NCBI GenBank assembly: GCA_964036045.1 | Contig: OZ038378.1 | Span: 3,224,001 to 3,288,000, forward strand | Source of the DNA: Eutreptiella sp. 'Long Island Sound 2002' | Lineage: Eukaryota; Protista; Euglenida | Direction: 5' to 3' | Length of the DNA stretch: 64,000 nt | Shown: in pieces, positions 21,180 through 33,768 of the stretch | Numbering within the stretch: the stretch's first letter is position 1 | Layout of the letters: each line of letters opens with the position of its first letter | The notes under the pieces: generated by a model | Seen by the model: the letters and a program-made list of their open reading frames with translations, nothing else | What the model was told of the DNA's origin: nothing | The model's database searches: none | Program-made: the position numbers and the translations under genes

Positions 21180-22796
21180 TAAGGTCGACCTTCGTAAGAT
21201 TTTGACGTTCCAAACTACCTGCCCAATGGTAAAGGCGAACAGTCAGGGTATGTCAAGGGGTACATGCAGGGTCCTCCCCCCCGAGATGCTGTACCCAGGG
21301 CTGCTATCCTTCGATGAACTTCTACTCGCCATGAACGCTTGCACGCCCTTGGTCAGGCCGCTTTTGTGTTATGCTCGCCAGGGGTTCACCCCCGTGCATC
21401 AACAAAGGGTACATTTTGGCGGGTACATAGTAGCTCACTACCCCCACCCCCCTTGATTAGTACCCACCCGTGTATTTCTCCCGGGGGGGAACCCTCACTT
21501 TGAGTTTTCCAAGCTTGATTGCAATTACAAGGTTCGATATTGAGGTTCTCCTGTGTGTCTACTGGTTCGACAAGGTAGCATTATTAGAGCATTGTTGTGT
21601 AAATGGAGTTTCGTCCAAGGCAGTGCGCAACTTCAGCCTTGGATGTTGATCATATTCACACGTACCCAGCTGGTACTGTTGGCAATGTCCAACACTCAGA
21701 GGGCAGTGTTGAGTTTGCCAAGTTTCCGGGCCCCTTAGAGCGTGGGGCTGACTACGGTTGGTCCATCACATATGAGCGCTCTGGTATTGTAATGACGCAT
21801 AAGTGTGCCCCTGTAGCACGTATGTCTGTCCTCCGTGTGCGAAAGCTCCCACGGCACACCTCAGTGTCTTTCCCCTGGGGGGAGGCGGGGGGGGGGGGGG
21901 GGGCATTTATGCTATGTTCCCCCGGCGGTTTGGGGAAACCGGCGCATGCAGCCGGGTACTACTCAAGTGAGGCGGGGAGTAGGCATGGTGATGCAGCACC
22001 CTTCAACAGGCGTGATGCTGCAGTGGAATTCCCGTAACACACCCGGGATTGCGGCGAACCTTAGCCCAGGTCATTGTTTTCACTTCTTGTTTGGCCCCCC
22101 TATTTTCATGACTCGGATGATGATTCCGCCACTCCTCTCAGAATCCGAATCATTTCAGCAAACACCAAGGCTTTGCTTTTCGCTCATCGTAGTGTGCTGT
22201 AGAAGTGGAAGGTGCAATGCGCTTCCGCTACACGCTGTAAATGGTCTCTCGAACGTCAGTCCCTGTACTGGCACTTTCATGATGTGCTTGTTTACGTGCT
22301 GCCCACGGTGCGCATATCGCTCATGGAGGCTATGGGTGTGAGTGGATTGTGGGGGGGAGGCAGGCTGCCTACAACACGCCATTATATGCACTGTCACAAT
22401 TGCTGTGCCCCAGCCCCTTGGACTGGGCACTGGCCCCCTGACTACCACCCTGCATCATTGCATACACTTGCACGCCGACACCAGTATTTGTTACCCAAGC
22501 ATCAAAAGGGTCTATGCCATGTGCAATTTACACCACCTTATTGCACAGGACATTGTTTGAAAATTTTGACAATTCAGCCACATTGTTTTGTAGAAAAGTG
22601 GGGCCCAATGTACGGTATGATGCAACATGGACTGACGCCTGTGTTGCCACCGCAGAGTGCATCGACTGGTTGGCTCAGTGTTTACGCTTTGGAACTCTCT
22701 GTACATGAGCACAACCCATGTGTGCCCCTGATCCCAGTTGAACTTCCTCCTCGCCCGCTACCTCCACTGTTGTAATTGGGAGCAATGTCTGTAATG

Positions 22797-23197
22797 CAAG
22801 CATCCGCACTAGCCACCGTGGCGGTGAGTGTCCGTGAGTGGCAAAAAATCCCACTTTCCCGTTGGTGAGTGTGGTGAGCTAATCTATACAAAGGGAACTG
22901 TGGGGAAAGCCTTTGACCCCCGAAAAATGGGGAAAATGGGACGGTGAAAAATTGGTATCTTATCCCATTTTCGTCCCATTTTCTTCAACCACATCCCACC
23001 ACCTCTGCAACCCAGTTCCCCTATGATATGCCCGCTACTTCCCCTTTCCCCCGCCATGTCCCCCTAGTTTCTCCCATTTTTCTCTACCCCCCCCCCCCCC
23101 CAATTTCCTCCATTTTCCCCATTGCCCCGATTTTTCTAGGCTCCCAGATCCTAGTTTGGTGAGCGGTGAGTTTCGTGGCGGTGAGCACGGATGCCTA
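22797..23197 (+). mobile_element. Second family-D TIR element
   Basis: Ends CAAGCATCCG / CGGATGCCTA; perfect 12-bp internal inverted repeat GAAAATGGGACG...CGTCCCATTTTC; GGTGAG repeated in the same orientation near both ends. Confidence 0.55.
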
Positions 23198-24839
23198 GGA
23201 ATGGACAATTCTTACCCTTTTCCCACATTTACTCTTTTCAATGGGAAGACCCACAAAGTGTAGCAAGAAAAGGTGCTGCAATATTATACAAATAATGTTA
23301 TTTTCCTTTTAACCCAGATGATAGTTGACGGCGATTTAGCCAAAACACTTCAAGTGAGAACCTACTTTTTTCTTTGCTTTTCATCTTAGACAGGCAATTA
23401 AACGTTGCAAACACTTGTTGGTACGCGATGAATGATGCACGATCTAGCTCATGGCATATTTGTTGTTCAGCATAGCATTGGATTGAGCCCCATACCTGAA
23501 ACAACACATTACAATTTTGGAAAAAAAAAGGTTGCACAACAACTAATCTCAAAAACCAAGAATGATTTTCTGAGCTTCATTTCATGCTCTAGTACTTTGA
23601 TACTTCTCTTCATACTTATTTTGATACTTTGATTTTGCAAAAGGAAAAATAGCAAAATATGCCATATGGAATGGATCTCGACATAGAAAATGCATTTTCT
23701 TGTTTGTGTGGATATGGCTAGAGCCAAGGTTGACAAACAGGTGGACAAGGTGATAAGCTCATTCAAACGGAAAAGGGATTTGATGGATGGTGGCCCCACT
23801 CAATCACGATGAGCGTACCATACATCCCACTGAGCAGATGTCTCCGAGTCCTATCTGAGAACGTCAATGGATTACGAACCAAGGTAACGATTCATAAAAT
23901 AAAGCAACTAACGATGACAGCCCTATGTTCATACCTCTGTTCCATGGACTTCGACTTCCTTGCCGTAGACCCACACCTCAAGGAGCTAGAGGATGGGGAG
24001 GCATGTTCCTACCAGTTTGAAAAGTACTAGTATGAATTTGATGCGCCGCTGCATCCGGATGGTAAAGAGGGAGTGGCGGTGGCATGGAAGTCCTCAAGGT
24101 GGACGTTGCAATCCATGCAACTACTGCCGCTACGAGCACTCAAGGCCACGTTCACCTGCGGGCCGTTGGACATCACATTGGTGGCGATTTACTTTCACCA
24201 CAAACATTCCAAGTGACGTCAACGGTGGAAACAATTAGCAAAATCACTGATAGGTCCCAACTTGATCTTATGTGCGGATCATAACAGCTTAACCGTCAAG
24301 CACAAGAATGCTCTGCTGCCCCGAGAATTTGAGCATGACTCAGCCTTGGTGGCCAGAGAGCACGAAGTGAGAGAAATTGCGACAGCGGGGTTGCAAGATG
24401 TATGGGTGGACATCCATTGTCCGGACGTCATTGACATGATGGATAAGAGCGACTTACAGCCGGCACACTTGACGTACGGCTTCCCAAAATTGGGAGACCT
24501 GTTGAACCCACTGCGTCGGATAGACCGCGTGCATGCCTTGGCAGAGCTCACAAAGTTGGCGACAAGAGCCTACCCTCAATTCTTGGGCGGGTCGGACCAT
24601 AAGGCCATGCAAGTTGACTTCAAACCGCCGGCCTTTGACAATGAAGGACCGCGGTCCGAATTTTATTGTCTAGAGGACATTCTACAAGATGCACACGCAA
24701 TGGATGAACTGGAGACATGCCTCACAAAATTGCAATTCAAATGTGCACAGTGGTGGGGGGACGCTCTATCATGCATCAAATCGGCGGCCGTTGACTTCCG
24801 GAAAGAATGTACTTCAATGAAAAAATGGGTTGAGTTGAG

Positions 24840-25039
24840 NNNNNNNNNNNNNNNNNNNNNNNNNNNNNNNNNNNNNNNNNNNNNNNNNNNNNNNNNNNNN
24901 NNNNNNNNNNNNNNNNNNNNNNNNNNNNNNNNNNNNNNNNNNNNNNNNNNNNNNNNNNNNNNNNNNNNNNNNNNNNNNNNNNNNNNNNNNNNNNNNNNNN
25001 NNNNNNNNNNNNNNNNNNNNNNNNNNNNNNNNNNNNNNN
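24840..25039. other. Assembly gap, 200 N
   Basis: Run of N. Confidence 1.
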
Positions 25040-25417
25040 CAAAACGCTTCTCTAACATCTTTGAGCCGCAAATATACCAAGCAGTGAAGCACTTCCTCGA
25101 GGAGGGTGCTATGCCACCCAGCTGGACATCGGTGGTCGTCGCGATGATTCCCAAAGCTAAAGCGATGTAGACGCCTAATTGTTTGCGCCCAATTGCGCTC
25201 CAGACCACCTGGCACAAATGGGTGACCAACATCCTATTCATCCAAATGGAAGATATCCTCCATCAATGTAGTCCGCGGCAACAAACTAGCTTTTTGAGGC
25301 ATTGCTGTATTTTGCAGCATGTGTACTGGTCCATGGCCCTCTAGGATGGCCTCTAGTCGGGTGCTGGTGGACTTCAAAAATGCATTCCCAACCAATGTCA
25401 CACGACGTGGTGGCAAC

Positions 25418-26182
25418 GGGGGAGCCTTAAGCGCAGTGCGCACGCAGTGCAACTATTTGGGCGTCTGGCTGTACTAGAGACCCATACTTTGAGATACTAG
25501 GGGCCCCGAGGGGCATCATGGTGACCCCTAGCGGAGGTTTTCACTTCTGATTTTGTTCCCCTTTGTTTGGGGATCCCCGAGAATGCAGGGGTGACGTAGC
25601 AAGGCACAACAGTTTTGGGTCGAGGCATAGCAAGGCGTAGCACGTTTGGGTCAAGGCATGGCAAGGTGCAGCATGGTTGTGTCAAGGCATGGCAAGGCGC
25701 AATGCTCGTGTGCACACATTGATCTATCGTGCTTGCACATATGCTACCGGACTTCATACCCCCCCCCTCCTTCTTAGACACACTTTCTTCATGGATTTGA
25801 GTCTTGGCGATCGGGTGTTCTACACCCGCTCCAATGGCGTTTGAGTTCCTGCCACGGTGGTTGGGATGGCGGGAGATGGGCTCATCCACTTGGAGTACTA
25901 CCAAGATGCACTACGGGTGGTGAATCGCTGATGCAAGATGGAGTCCAGTTGTGTGTTCTTGAGGGTGGCGACCAATGCGTTGTTCATGGCTTTTCTAGTT
26001 GTGCATGATGTGTGTTATGTGAAGGGAAGGTAGTTTGCAACTTTCTTGAGCTGGGGCAGTTTGAGTCACCTAATTCTAAGGGCGTTTCCAAGGGGTGTGC
26101 TTGGGGGCTCTCCGGGGGGAACATAGTCGCGCAGTGCGCGCGTAGTGCGCGCGCAGCGCGTGCACAGTGCAAAGATTCCCCC
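25418..26182 (+). mobile_element. Complete Harbinger-like MITE, family A (765 bp), TSD AAC
   Basis: AAC|GGGGGAGCCTT ... AAAGATTCCCCC|AAC. Removing it rejoins the LINE RT frame (SHDVVAT-ALGLM). Subterminal GCGCAGTGCGC units lie at both ends. Confidence 0.92.
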
Positions 26183-27404
26183 AACGGCCCTTGGTCTGAT
26201 GATGATTCTAGTGCCATATGTCAAGCTATTACTCCACTTGTTGCGGGCCCCCTATCTCTACTTTGTTGGGAAAGGGTATGTACCACATATATACCATCAC
26301 CCAGGGGTAGGAACCAGACAGGGAGATCCCCTGTCCCTGGCTCTCTTCTCTTTGGTGGTGCCATTTGTTATTTCACCACTCCGGGCACTCAGTTCAAAGC
26401 TTACGATCATGATGACGACCTCATCATCTTCATGGAGGGAGAAGGGGACCAAAACCTGCTGCAGGCGGGGTGGAACGTGGTCTAGCAATTTAGGCACTTC
26501 TCGCACCTCCAAGCCAATCTAGCAAGATGTCGGCGATAGGCTGAAATGATGGGGGTCGAGAGTGGTTGACCTACTTTTCAAGTATAGGTGTGGAAGTCAA
26601 GCATTGCATCAAGTACCTGGGGGTTAGTGGGGGCTCATGCAAGATCAAGCATTTGGCCCAGCACTCCAAGAGGCATTTCGAAGGGCACGGGTAGTGTCAA
26701 CACTGCGCTTGTATTTGCATGAACGATGGTTTGTGCTGCGCTCCTAGATTCTACCGTTGGTTTCATGGGTGGCAAAAGTGTACGATATGCGCATATGCGC
26801 CGCAAGCGATCATTTGACAGTGGGCACCAACAGCTGGGTGTCGACCCCACCCATACTTTTGCGATGTGGAAGGAGGCGAGGCCTTGCCGGGCCAAGAAAT
26901 CTTCCTCATGCACCAAGCAGCATCACCGTTCGTATGTCAAGGGAACCACACAAGTTCCCATTGAAGCTGGTGGACGAGTTCTATCGGTGGGCCACGACAA
27001 TGGGCTTCACTCCAAGTACAGACAATTTACCGTACATCCAGCTGTGTATGGTGCGAACGTCGGGACTCTGTTTTTTGGGATGGTGAGGAAAGCCCCTTCC
27101 AAGCAACAAGTGGCACCACCCCGAGATAGGTCACGGCTACCGCGGCATTGTGTATATTCCTGCAATGATTTCCGGTGCACCTACTACCACACCACATTAA
27201 TCAAGGAAGGGGTGGTGACATGGGGACAATGTCTAGAAGCCGACAATTCGAGGTTCCTCAACTTTATGCCTCGCACCTAGAAGACAATTTACGCATGGGG
27301 AACTCCTCTGATCTGAATTTGGTGGGCTTGACTAAACTGTGGCAGCCTACACCACTGCATAATGTGTGCAATAGCTACGAATCCCCCCCCCCCCCCCCCA
27401 GCCC

Positions 27405-28691
27405 ATGCTGGGCCGTTTTGTTGCAATCCTGCTTGAACCTGTCAGCGATGATGATGGCAGGCCATCATTCCTCAATCGGGCACTCGCCCTCAACTCGAAC
27501 TTGCCTGTCGGCTGCGAAAAGTTGCAAATGGCGGACAGGTCCCTCATGCACATGCGCACACATGATCGATTTGATGTCTGGATTGCAAGCAGCACAAGGG
27601 ACTCCAGAAGCCTATCTCCGCCCCCAACGTATAAGCTTCTGCGGCTTATGACGCCTGGGGCAGAAGTTGACAAGGTGGTGTTCCACGAGCCACACGTGCG
27701 GGATAACCAATGCGCTGTGCAGGTTCACAATGACCTAATCAACGGGCTGTTGGGGTCTATTGGCCTGAACTCTGATGAAGTCCATCTCCTCCCGGGGACA
27801 GACCCACGGAACTCAAAACTGTTCTTCACGGAGTTGAATGAGGAACAGGTGAATACTGTGGTATCACAGTTCGGATCCAAGCCAAGGTTCCAGATCCAGC
27901 CAGTGGAATGGCATCGTGGTGCCAACGTGACCAACATGACTGCTGTCTATGAGGTGTGGATCAAGAAGACGCACAAGGAAACATGGTCTCCCATGCTGTA
28001 TGCCTCAGTTCTCGCGATGTTTTGGACAATCCCGGGCGTTCTGCAGGCACAATCGCCAGTGAAAATCCACGTGCTGGGGCCCAGCAAACTGCTGCTGGGT
28101 CTCACGGAAACTGGGCACTCACTGTTGAAGACAAGGTATCGTGAACTGGTGGCTGCTATCGGGGCTGTCTTCAAGGACCTGAGGACAAGACAATTCCTCG
28201 ATAGGGATATCATCTCCAAGCCCACAATCCCCTCGACATGGAAGAAAGACCTTGTGGGCACAGTGTACATTCTGGATGTGGCACCGTGGTGGTACCTCTC
28301 AGACCTGACTGAGGCCCTTGGTCCCTCAGTGCACTGCCGGTACATCGCGGACCGCGTCAGATGGAGTGTTGGGGAGATGCGCACTGCCACATGGCGATTG
28401 ACCGGGGAAAGTGTGACACAGCTGATTGGAAAGGTCTACCTGTCAGATTTTGGGATGCCTCCGATGTTTGTGATCTCCGAGGCAGATTACGAGGCGCGGA
28501 AAAGGCGAATCACAGATCGGCACAGAAACACAGACGACTCGAAGACACGCAGGCAAGGCCTAATCACGGCGGGAGAAATGGCCAAGGCCATGGAGTTGGA
28601 TGACCAAGTCGACAAGGTCATCAGCTCCCTCAAACGCAAGCGGGACTTGAAGGAAGATGAGGCTTCGTTGTCCAATGGAGCAACACGATGA
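27405..28691 (+). CDS. LINE ORF1 (likely start ATG 27528)
   Basis: Stop-free frame directly upstream of ORF2, with a stop/start overlap ATGA at 28688-28691. No domain recognised. Confidence 0.85.
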   Translation: MLGRFVAILLEPVSDDDGRPSFLNRALALNSNLPVGCEKLQMADRSLMHMRTHDRFDVWIASSTRDSRSLSPPPTYKLLRLMTPGAEVDKVVFHEPHVRDNQCAVQVHNDLINGLLGSIGLNSDEVHLLPGTDPRNSKLFFTELNEEQVNTVVSQFGSKPRFQIQPVEWHRGANVTNMTAVYEVWIKKTHKETWSPMLYASVLAMFWTIPGVLQAQSPVKIHVLGPSKLLLGLTETGHSLLKTRYRELVAAIGAVFKDLRTRQFLDRDIISKPTIPSTWKKDLVGTVYILDVAPWWYLSDLTEALGPSVHCRYIADRVRWSVGEMRTATWRLTGESVTQLIGKVYLSDFGMPPMFVISEADYEARKRRITDRHRNTDDSKTRRQGLITAGEMAKAMELDDQVDKVISSLKRKRDLKEDEASLSNGATR

Positions 28692-31600
28692 TGTCAGCAT
28701 CAAGCATCCCTCTGAGCAGCACGCTCAGAGTATTGTCCCAAAATATCAATGGGTTTCAAACAAAAATAACCATGAGAAAGCGTAAGCAGAAGCGCATAGT
28801 GGCCCTAGGGTCACTGCTGCGGTCCCTGGAGGTGGACTTCTTCGCCATCCAAGAACCTCACTTCGTCACGGTGGAGGATCGTCAAGCGGGCATGCAGTGC
28901 TTGTCAAAGTACGGGTATGGCCTGGACAGACCACTTCATGAAGAAGGAAGGGGAGGAGTGGCACTGGCGTGGAAAACATCCAAGTGGACACTGCAATCAA
29001 TGAAGTTCTTGTCTCCCAGGGCGTTGAAAGCCTCGCTGTCGAGTGGTCCGCTGGAGATCACCATAGTTGTGGTCCACTTCCACCACAAGCACACGCGTCG
29101 ACAGTCACAATGGAAAGACATCGCCAAGGAGTTACATGGACCAAACCTGATTTTATGTGCTGATCACAATAGTTTAGTTGTAAAACACAGGGACGCCTTT
29201 GCGCCCCCAGAGTTTGAGCATGACACGTCTTTACGTGCCAGAGACCAGGAGGTAACGACCTTGGCGAAAGCGGGTCTGCAGGATGTTTGGGTGGATATTC
29301 ACTGTCCAGCCCTGACGGACATCAAGGACAAGGAAGCATCGTGTCCGACGGGCTTCACATACGGCTACCCCCGAGAAGGAGAGCGACTCGACCCGCAGAG
29401 GCTACGCCATATTGACCGCATCCACACAACATCCGAATTGCTGAGCCTGGCGACGAGCGTATACCCCATGTTTGCTGCCAACTCAGACCACAAGGCGATC
29501 CTGGCTGAATTCACACCCCCGTCTTTCGACACAGAGGACACGGTCCCCAGATTCTACTGCCCAGAGACCATCCTTCACGACCCGGAGGCAATGGAAGATC
29601 TGGAGACATCTCTCAAGTCTGTCAAGTCAACAGGGGATCAATGGTGGGAAGAGGCGCCGAGCTGCATCCAAAAGAAGGCGATCAACCATCAAAGGGAGCA
29701 TAAAAACAAAAAGCAGTCGGTAGAGCTACAAGCCTTGCGGTTCCTGCGTGGCTCCACGAGAGACTCTGTCGCACTAGCGGTCTACCAATTTCTATTATCA
29801 CTCGGGATCGCAGCAGCAGATGCAGCAACAACCTACACCCTCCTGGTGGGTGTGTATGAAAAGGCTCAGCGTGACACAACGGGCATGGAAACACTGTCCA
29901 AGCTCAAGGGGGTGATCACGACCGGGGAAACCTCAGGAGATCCGAGAGCGCAAAGAAACGAATTGTATCGGTTAATGCGGGAGTTGCAGGAGCGAAAGAA
30001 ACTTCAACAGCTGGTATCCAGGACAGGCTCGGCGATACGGGGGGCAAAGGCGGTGGCAAAAGAGCTGGTGGACCATTGGGACAAAGTGTCCACCCCGACG
30101 GGATCCACCGAAGAAGATTGTGTAGCTTATCTGAAGTCGTTAGGAGTGGAACAGCGGCTGCGCAAGGCAGGTCGACTTCTTTTCAAGCAACTATCCCTGG
30201 ACATAGTTCATGAAGGCCTTAAGAGGCTGAACAGCAAAAGTTCCCCTGGATTGGATGGTTTCTCGGCAAAATTCTTCAAGAGGTTCTCGGACATCTTCGA
30301 ACCGCAAATGTATGACTCAATTAAACGTTTCCTCGAAGTGGGCAAAATGCCGGAGACATGGACCTCGGGAGTGGTGACAATGATCCCCAAGACGAAGGCG
30401 ATGCAAACACCAGATTCGCTCCGACCAATTGCACTGCAAACTACAAGGCAGAAGTGGCTCACCAACCCCCTCCTGATCCAGTTAGAGGATGTACTCCTCC
30501 ACTGTATCCCGTCACAGCAAACAGGTTTCCTTCGACACAGAAGCATACTCCAGCATGTCTATGGGTCACGGGCACTCTGGGATGGCCTAAGTGAAGGAGC
30601 GGCGTTATCAGTAGACTTCAGAAATGCTTTCCCCACGATGTCTCACGAGATGGTGTCGGCAGCTCTGGGTCTAATGTGCATACCATTCTTGTATATCCGT
30701 CTGATTCTACACCTCTTGCGAGCTCCGTATCTATACTCCGTTGGAAAAGGATACGTCCCAGGTGTATACCACCACCCGAGGGCAGGCACACGCCAGGGGG
30801 ATCCACTCTCCCCGGCGCTGTTCTCCCTGGTGGCATCCTTCGTGATTTTCCCACTACAAGACCTGGGTCCAGTACTGACTGTCATGATGTATGCAGACGA
30901 CCTCATCAATTTCTTTGATGGAAGAGCCAACCCACAGCTGTTGAAAAGAGTATGGGAAGTGGTTTCACGTTTTGGACAATTTTCGGGGTTGAAGGTCAAC
31001 CTGAACAAAACAGCAGCGATAGTTCGCAACTGTGGGGGAATGGAGTGGGCGAGGTGCTTTCGGGACATTGGAGTGGATGTCAAAAACTTCGTCAAGTATC
31101 TGGGTGTACGCTTGGGGAATATTGGGCACCAACAAGACGACCAAGGATGGGGGTTGACGATAGAGCAGGCCTTTGCACCAGCACTGCAAGAGGCCTTCCG
31201 TCGCGCAAGGGTTGTATCCACGCTGCAACTGTCCATGAACGAACGTGCATTCATGCTGACATCATGGATTCTGCCGGTCGTGGCATGGGTATCCAAGGCA
31301 TATTACGCCCCAATCTCGGTGATCAGACAACTGAAGTTGGTGTATCACGCGACTATGGGTACCAATAGCTGGGGAATCACCCTACCAATCCTCTCACGAC
31401 CAAGAACGCAAGGGGGACTGGCGCTACCAGAACCAGAACTGTTTCTTATGCACCAGGCAGCGGCTCCGTTCGTCAGCCTGTTGGGAGAGCCTCACAAATT
31501 CCCTGACAAGGCAGTGGAGACCTTCTATGCATGGGCAACAGCCATAGGGTTCACACCGTCCAAGGACAACCTTCCATATATTCAACTGGGCATGGTCCGA

Positions 31601-33532
31601 ACGGCAGATCTCACATTTCTGGGATGGTCGGCGAAGGCACACTCCAACATTCAGCGAGTGGCCCCGCAGGTGGCCCCCCCGGCAAACCGGGACCGCCTGC
31701 CCTTGTGGCACTCTGTGTATTTCCGAAATGAGTTCCGCTGCTCCTACTACAACACGAAATTGATCCGGCAGGGGGTGCTGACGTGGGGTCAATTCCAAAG
31801 CTTGGAGGACGCAAGATTGTTCAATGCACTGCCTCGGACATGGAAAGGGGTCTACAATCACGGCGGACGACTCCTCAACAAAGTCCTGTCACAAGGGGGG
31901 TTCGATACCCCCGCAGTCCATACCCAAAACTGGACCAGGGCATGGCTGCTCCAGTTCTACGCCTCTCAGCCAGGGGTCCGCGACCCGCAAACACCGGAGG
32001 TATGGGAACAGCTGGCACAGGCACAGCTACCACCGAGGGCTCAAGACTTTGCGCGAAAGGCGCTGTGGCACAAACTGACCGTACATGCAAGAGTCTACAA
32101 GAGGTCAGGCACTGACAAGTGCCCGGTGTGCTCACAAAAGGAGACGGTCAAACACGCGATGGTCGAATGCCCCATGTTCAAAGCAGCGGCGGCGGTTGTA
32201 CAGCATTACTATGGCCAAGTGACAACTGATAACGGGCTATCCACAGTTCGAGATATGATGGAGTCCGACGACGAAGAATGGTTGCTGAAAACGAACCAAG
32301 GCTGGGCGATGTGGTCAGCAAGAAGTGCCCACTGGTGATATCAATGCGAAGTCAAGGCAGGAGCGTCGCCGGTGTTCGCGTCATACCTTACAACATGGCT
32401 AAGGGAGCTATGTGAGTGGGTGGGATTTTACACAGGGGAGCGCAGGGAACAATGGAAAGGCTTTTAAAAATCACTGGAACAACTTCGAGACACCGGAGTG
32501 CAGCCACGACAAGGGGAAGTGCAAGTACATGGGGGACTGAATGCATGGTGGCAAACACACACGGAATGCTCCACCCAAGAAAAATCAGCCGACAATCATA
32601 GTTGGCAAAGGGCAACGGAGTCACGCCCGAAGCGCCCGAGGCAAGCAGGCCCGGGAGTGCTACAAGGAGTGCAAGAACTGATTGCAGAACTGGTGGAGAA
32701 GGGCTACAGGATAGTGTACACTTGTGGATCGTCGAAGCGACTGAGCCACAAGGACATGCGAAGGGCCGGGGGATTTGGCGTGTTCGCAGCGGAAGACGAC
32801 CAAGGACCAGAGGTGCGCTTCTGTGGCTACGTACCAACGCATTACAGGCAAACAAACAACGGAGCAGAGCTTTGGGCAGCCGTGGAAGCCTTACAGGGAT
32901 TCTGGGTGCCAAAACTGGCAATCCTCACCGACTCGCAATACCTGCAGCTGGGAGCGACTGGCAGGGCCCAACACTGGAAGTCAAAGGGATGGACAACCAC
33001 ATCTGGAAAACTGCAAGTCCACGTCCCAGTCTGGGAAATGCTGCTCCAGGAAATGGCGACGCCGGGAAGAGAAGTCAGGTGGGAACATGTCTCAGCACAT
33101 GTCAACGTGCAGGGAAATGAGATGGCGAATGGATTGGCCATGGAAGGCATGTGTTCAAGCCCACTGTGGTCACAGCATGTTGCACCAAAATCATCATCTG
33201 GGTCAGAGTCCACGGTAGGTTTGAGGGGAGGGTCGGGATCAGAGTCTGAGGGCACAAGGGCACTCTGGTCATCCCTGGGTATGGTACCCATGGACAGTGA
33301 TGAACTGACAGGGGAAGCATCCGGGGAGCCAGCGCCACATGAGATGGGACCGTACTCCTCAAGCAATACAGAAAGTGAGGAAATGAGGACAGGACACACA
33401 CACCAGGGAATGCTGTCGAGTGCAATGTCAGCAGCAGACACACTGTCCTTCAGCACTGATGTGATTGACACCAGGCGACAGCGCAAGAAGCGAAGGCTCA
33501 GGAAACGCAGGAACCCAGGACAGGGTCGATAA
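28688..33532 (+). CDS. LINE ORF2: AP endonuclease - RT - zinc finger - RNase H1 (L1/Tx1-like), with two in-frame stops
   Basis: APE: QNING, IQEPH, DHNS, IDRI, SDH. RT: SPGLDG, LRPIAL, QQTGF, DFRNAF, RQGDPLSP, YADD (30890), KYLG. Zinc finger CPVC...H...C (32120-32170). RNase H: TNNGAEL, TDSQY, VSAH, GNEMA. TGA 32336 and TAA 32465 separate the two track ORFs, which share one frame. Confidence 0.92.
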
Positions 33533-33768
33533 TGCCAGAGCCAGAAGCCCTTGCACAATGGTACAGACATCCCACAGGCACCAAGCACACCAATGCATGT
33601 CTGAAACACCTGTGTTCCGACGCAGAGTTTGCATCACATGAGCTGCGTTTTGTCGCAATAAAGCTTGCAACACATGAGCTGCGTTCTGTCGCAGTGAGCA
33701 GCAACACGCAAAGGAGAACACCAAGCAGCTGAACGCCGCGTCCTGTCGCGGACAGGCACCCAGGCGTC

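Larger units (their letters stand above)
23700..27301 (+). pseudogene. Old degenerate LINE, 5' segment (end of ORF1, APE, RT)
   Basis: VDKVISSFKRKRDL aligns to the end of the young LINE ORF1. APE motifs (DHNSL, LQDVW, DRVH, SDHKA) and RT motifs (LRPIALQT, RQGDPLS) are present with many stops and frameshifts. Interrupted by the N gap and by MITE 25418-26182. Confidence 0.9.

Noticed and set aside
27398-27527. Ribozyme in the LINE 5' region
   Set aside because: Short hairpins exist (ATGATGG/CCATCAT, GGGC/GCCC) but no HDV or hammerhead core could be assembled.
13906-32467. Stop-codon reassignment, suggested by six in-frame stops in otherwise intact frames
   Set aside because: Frames of 1,777 and 1,216 codons contain no stops, all three stop types appear only sporadically, and most are single transitions from sense codons. 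Mutational decay is simpler.
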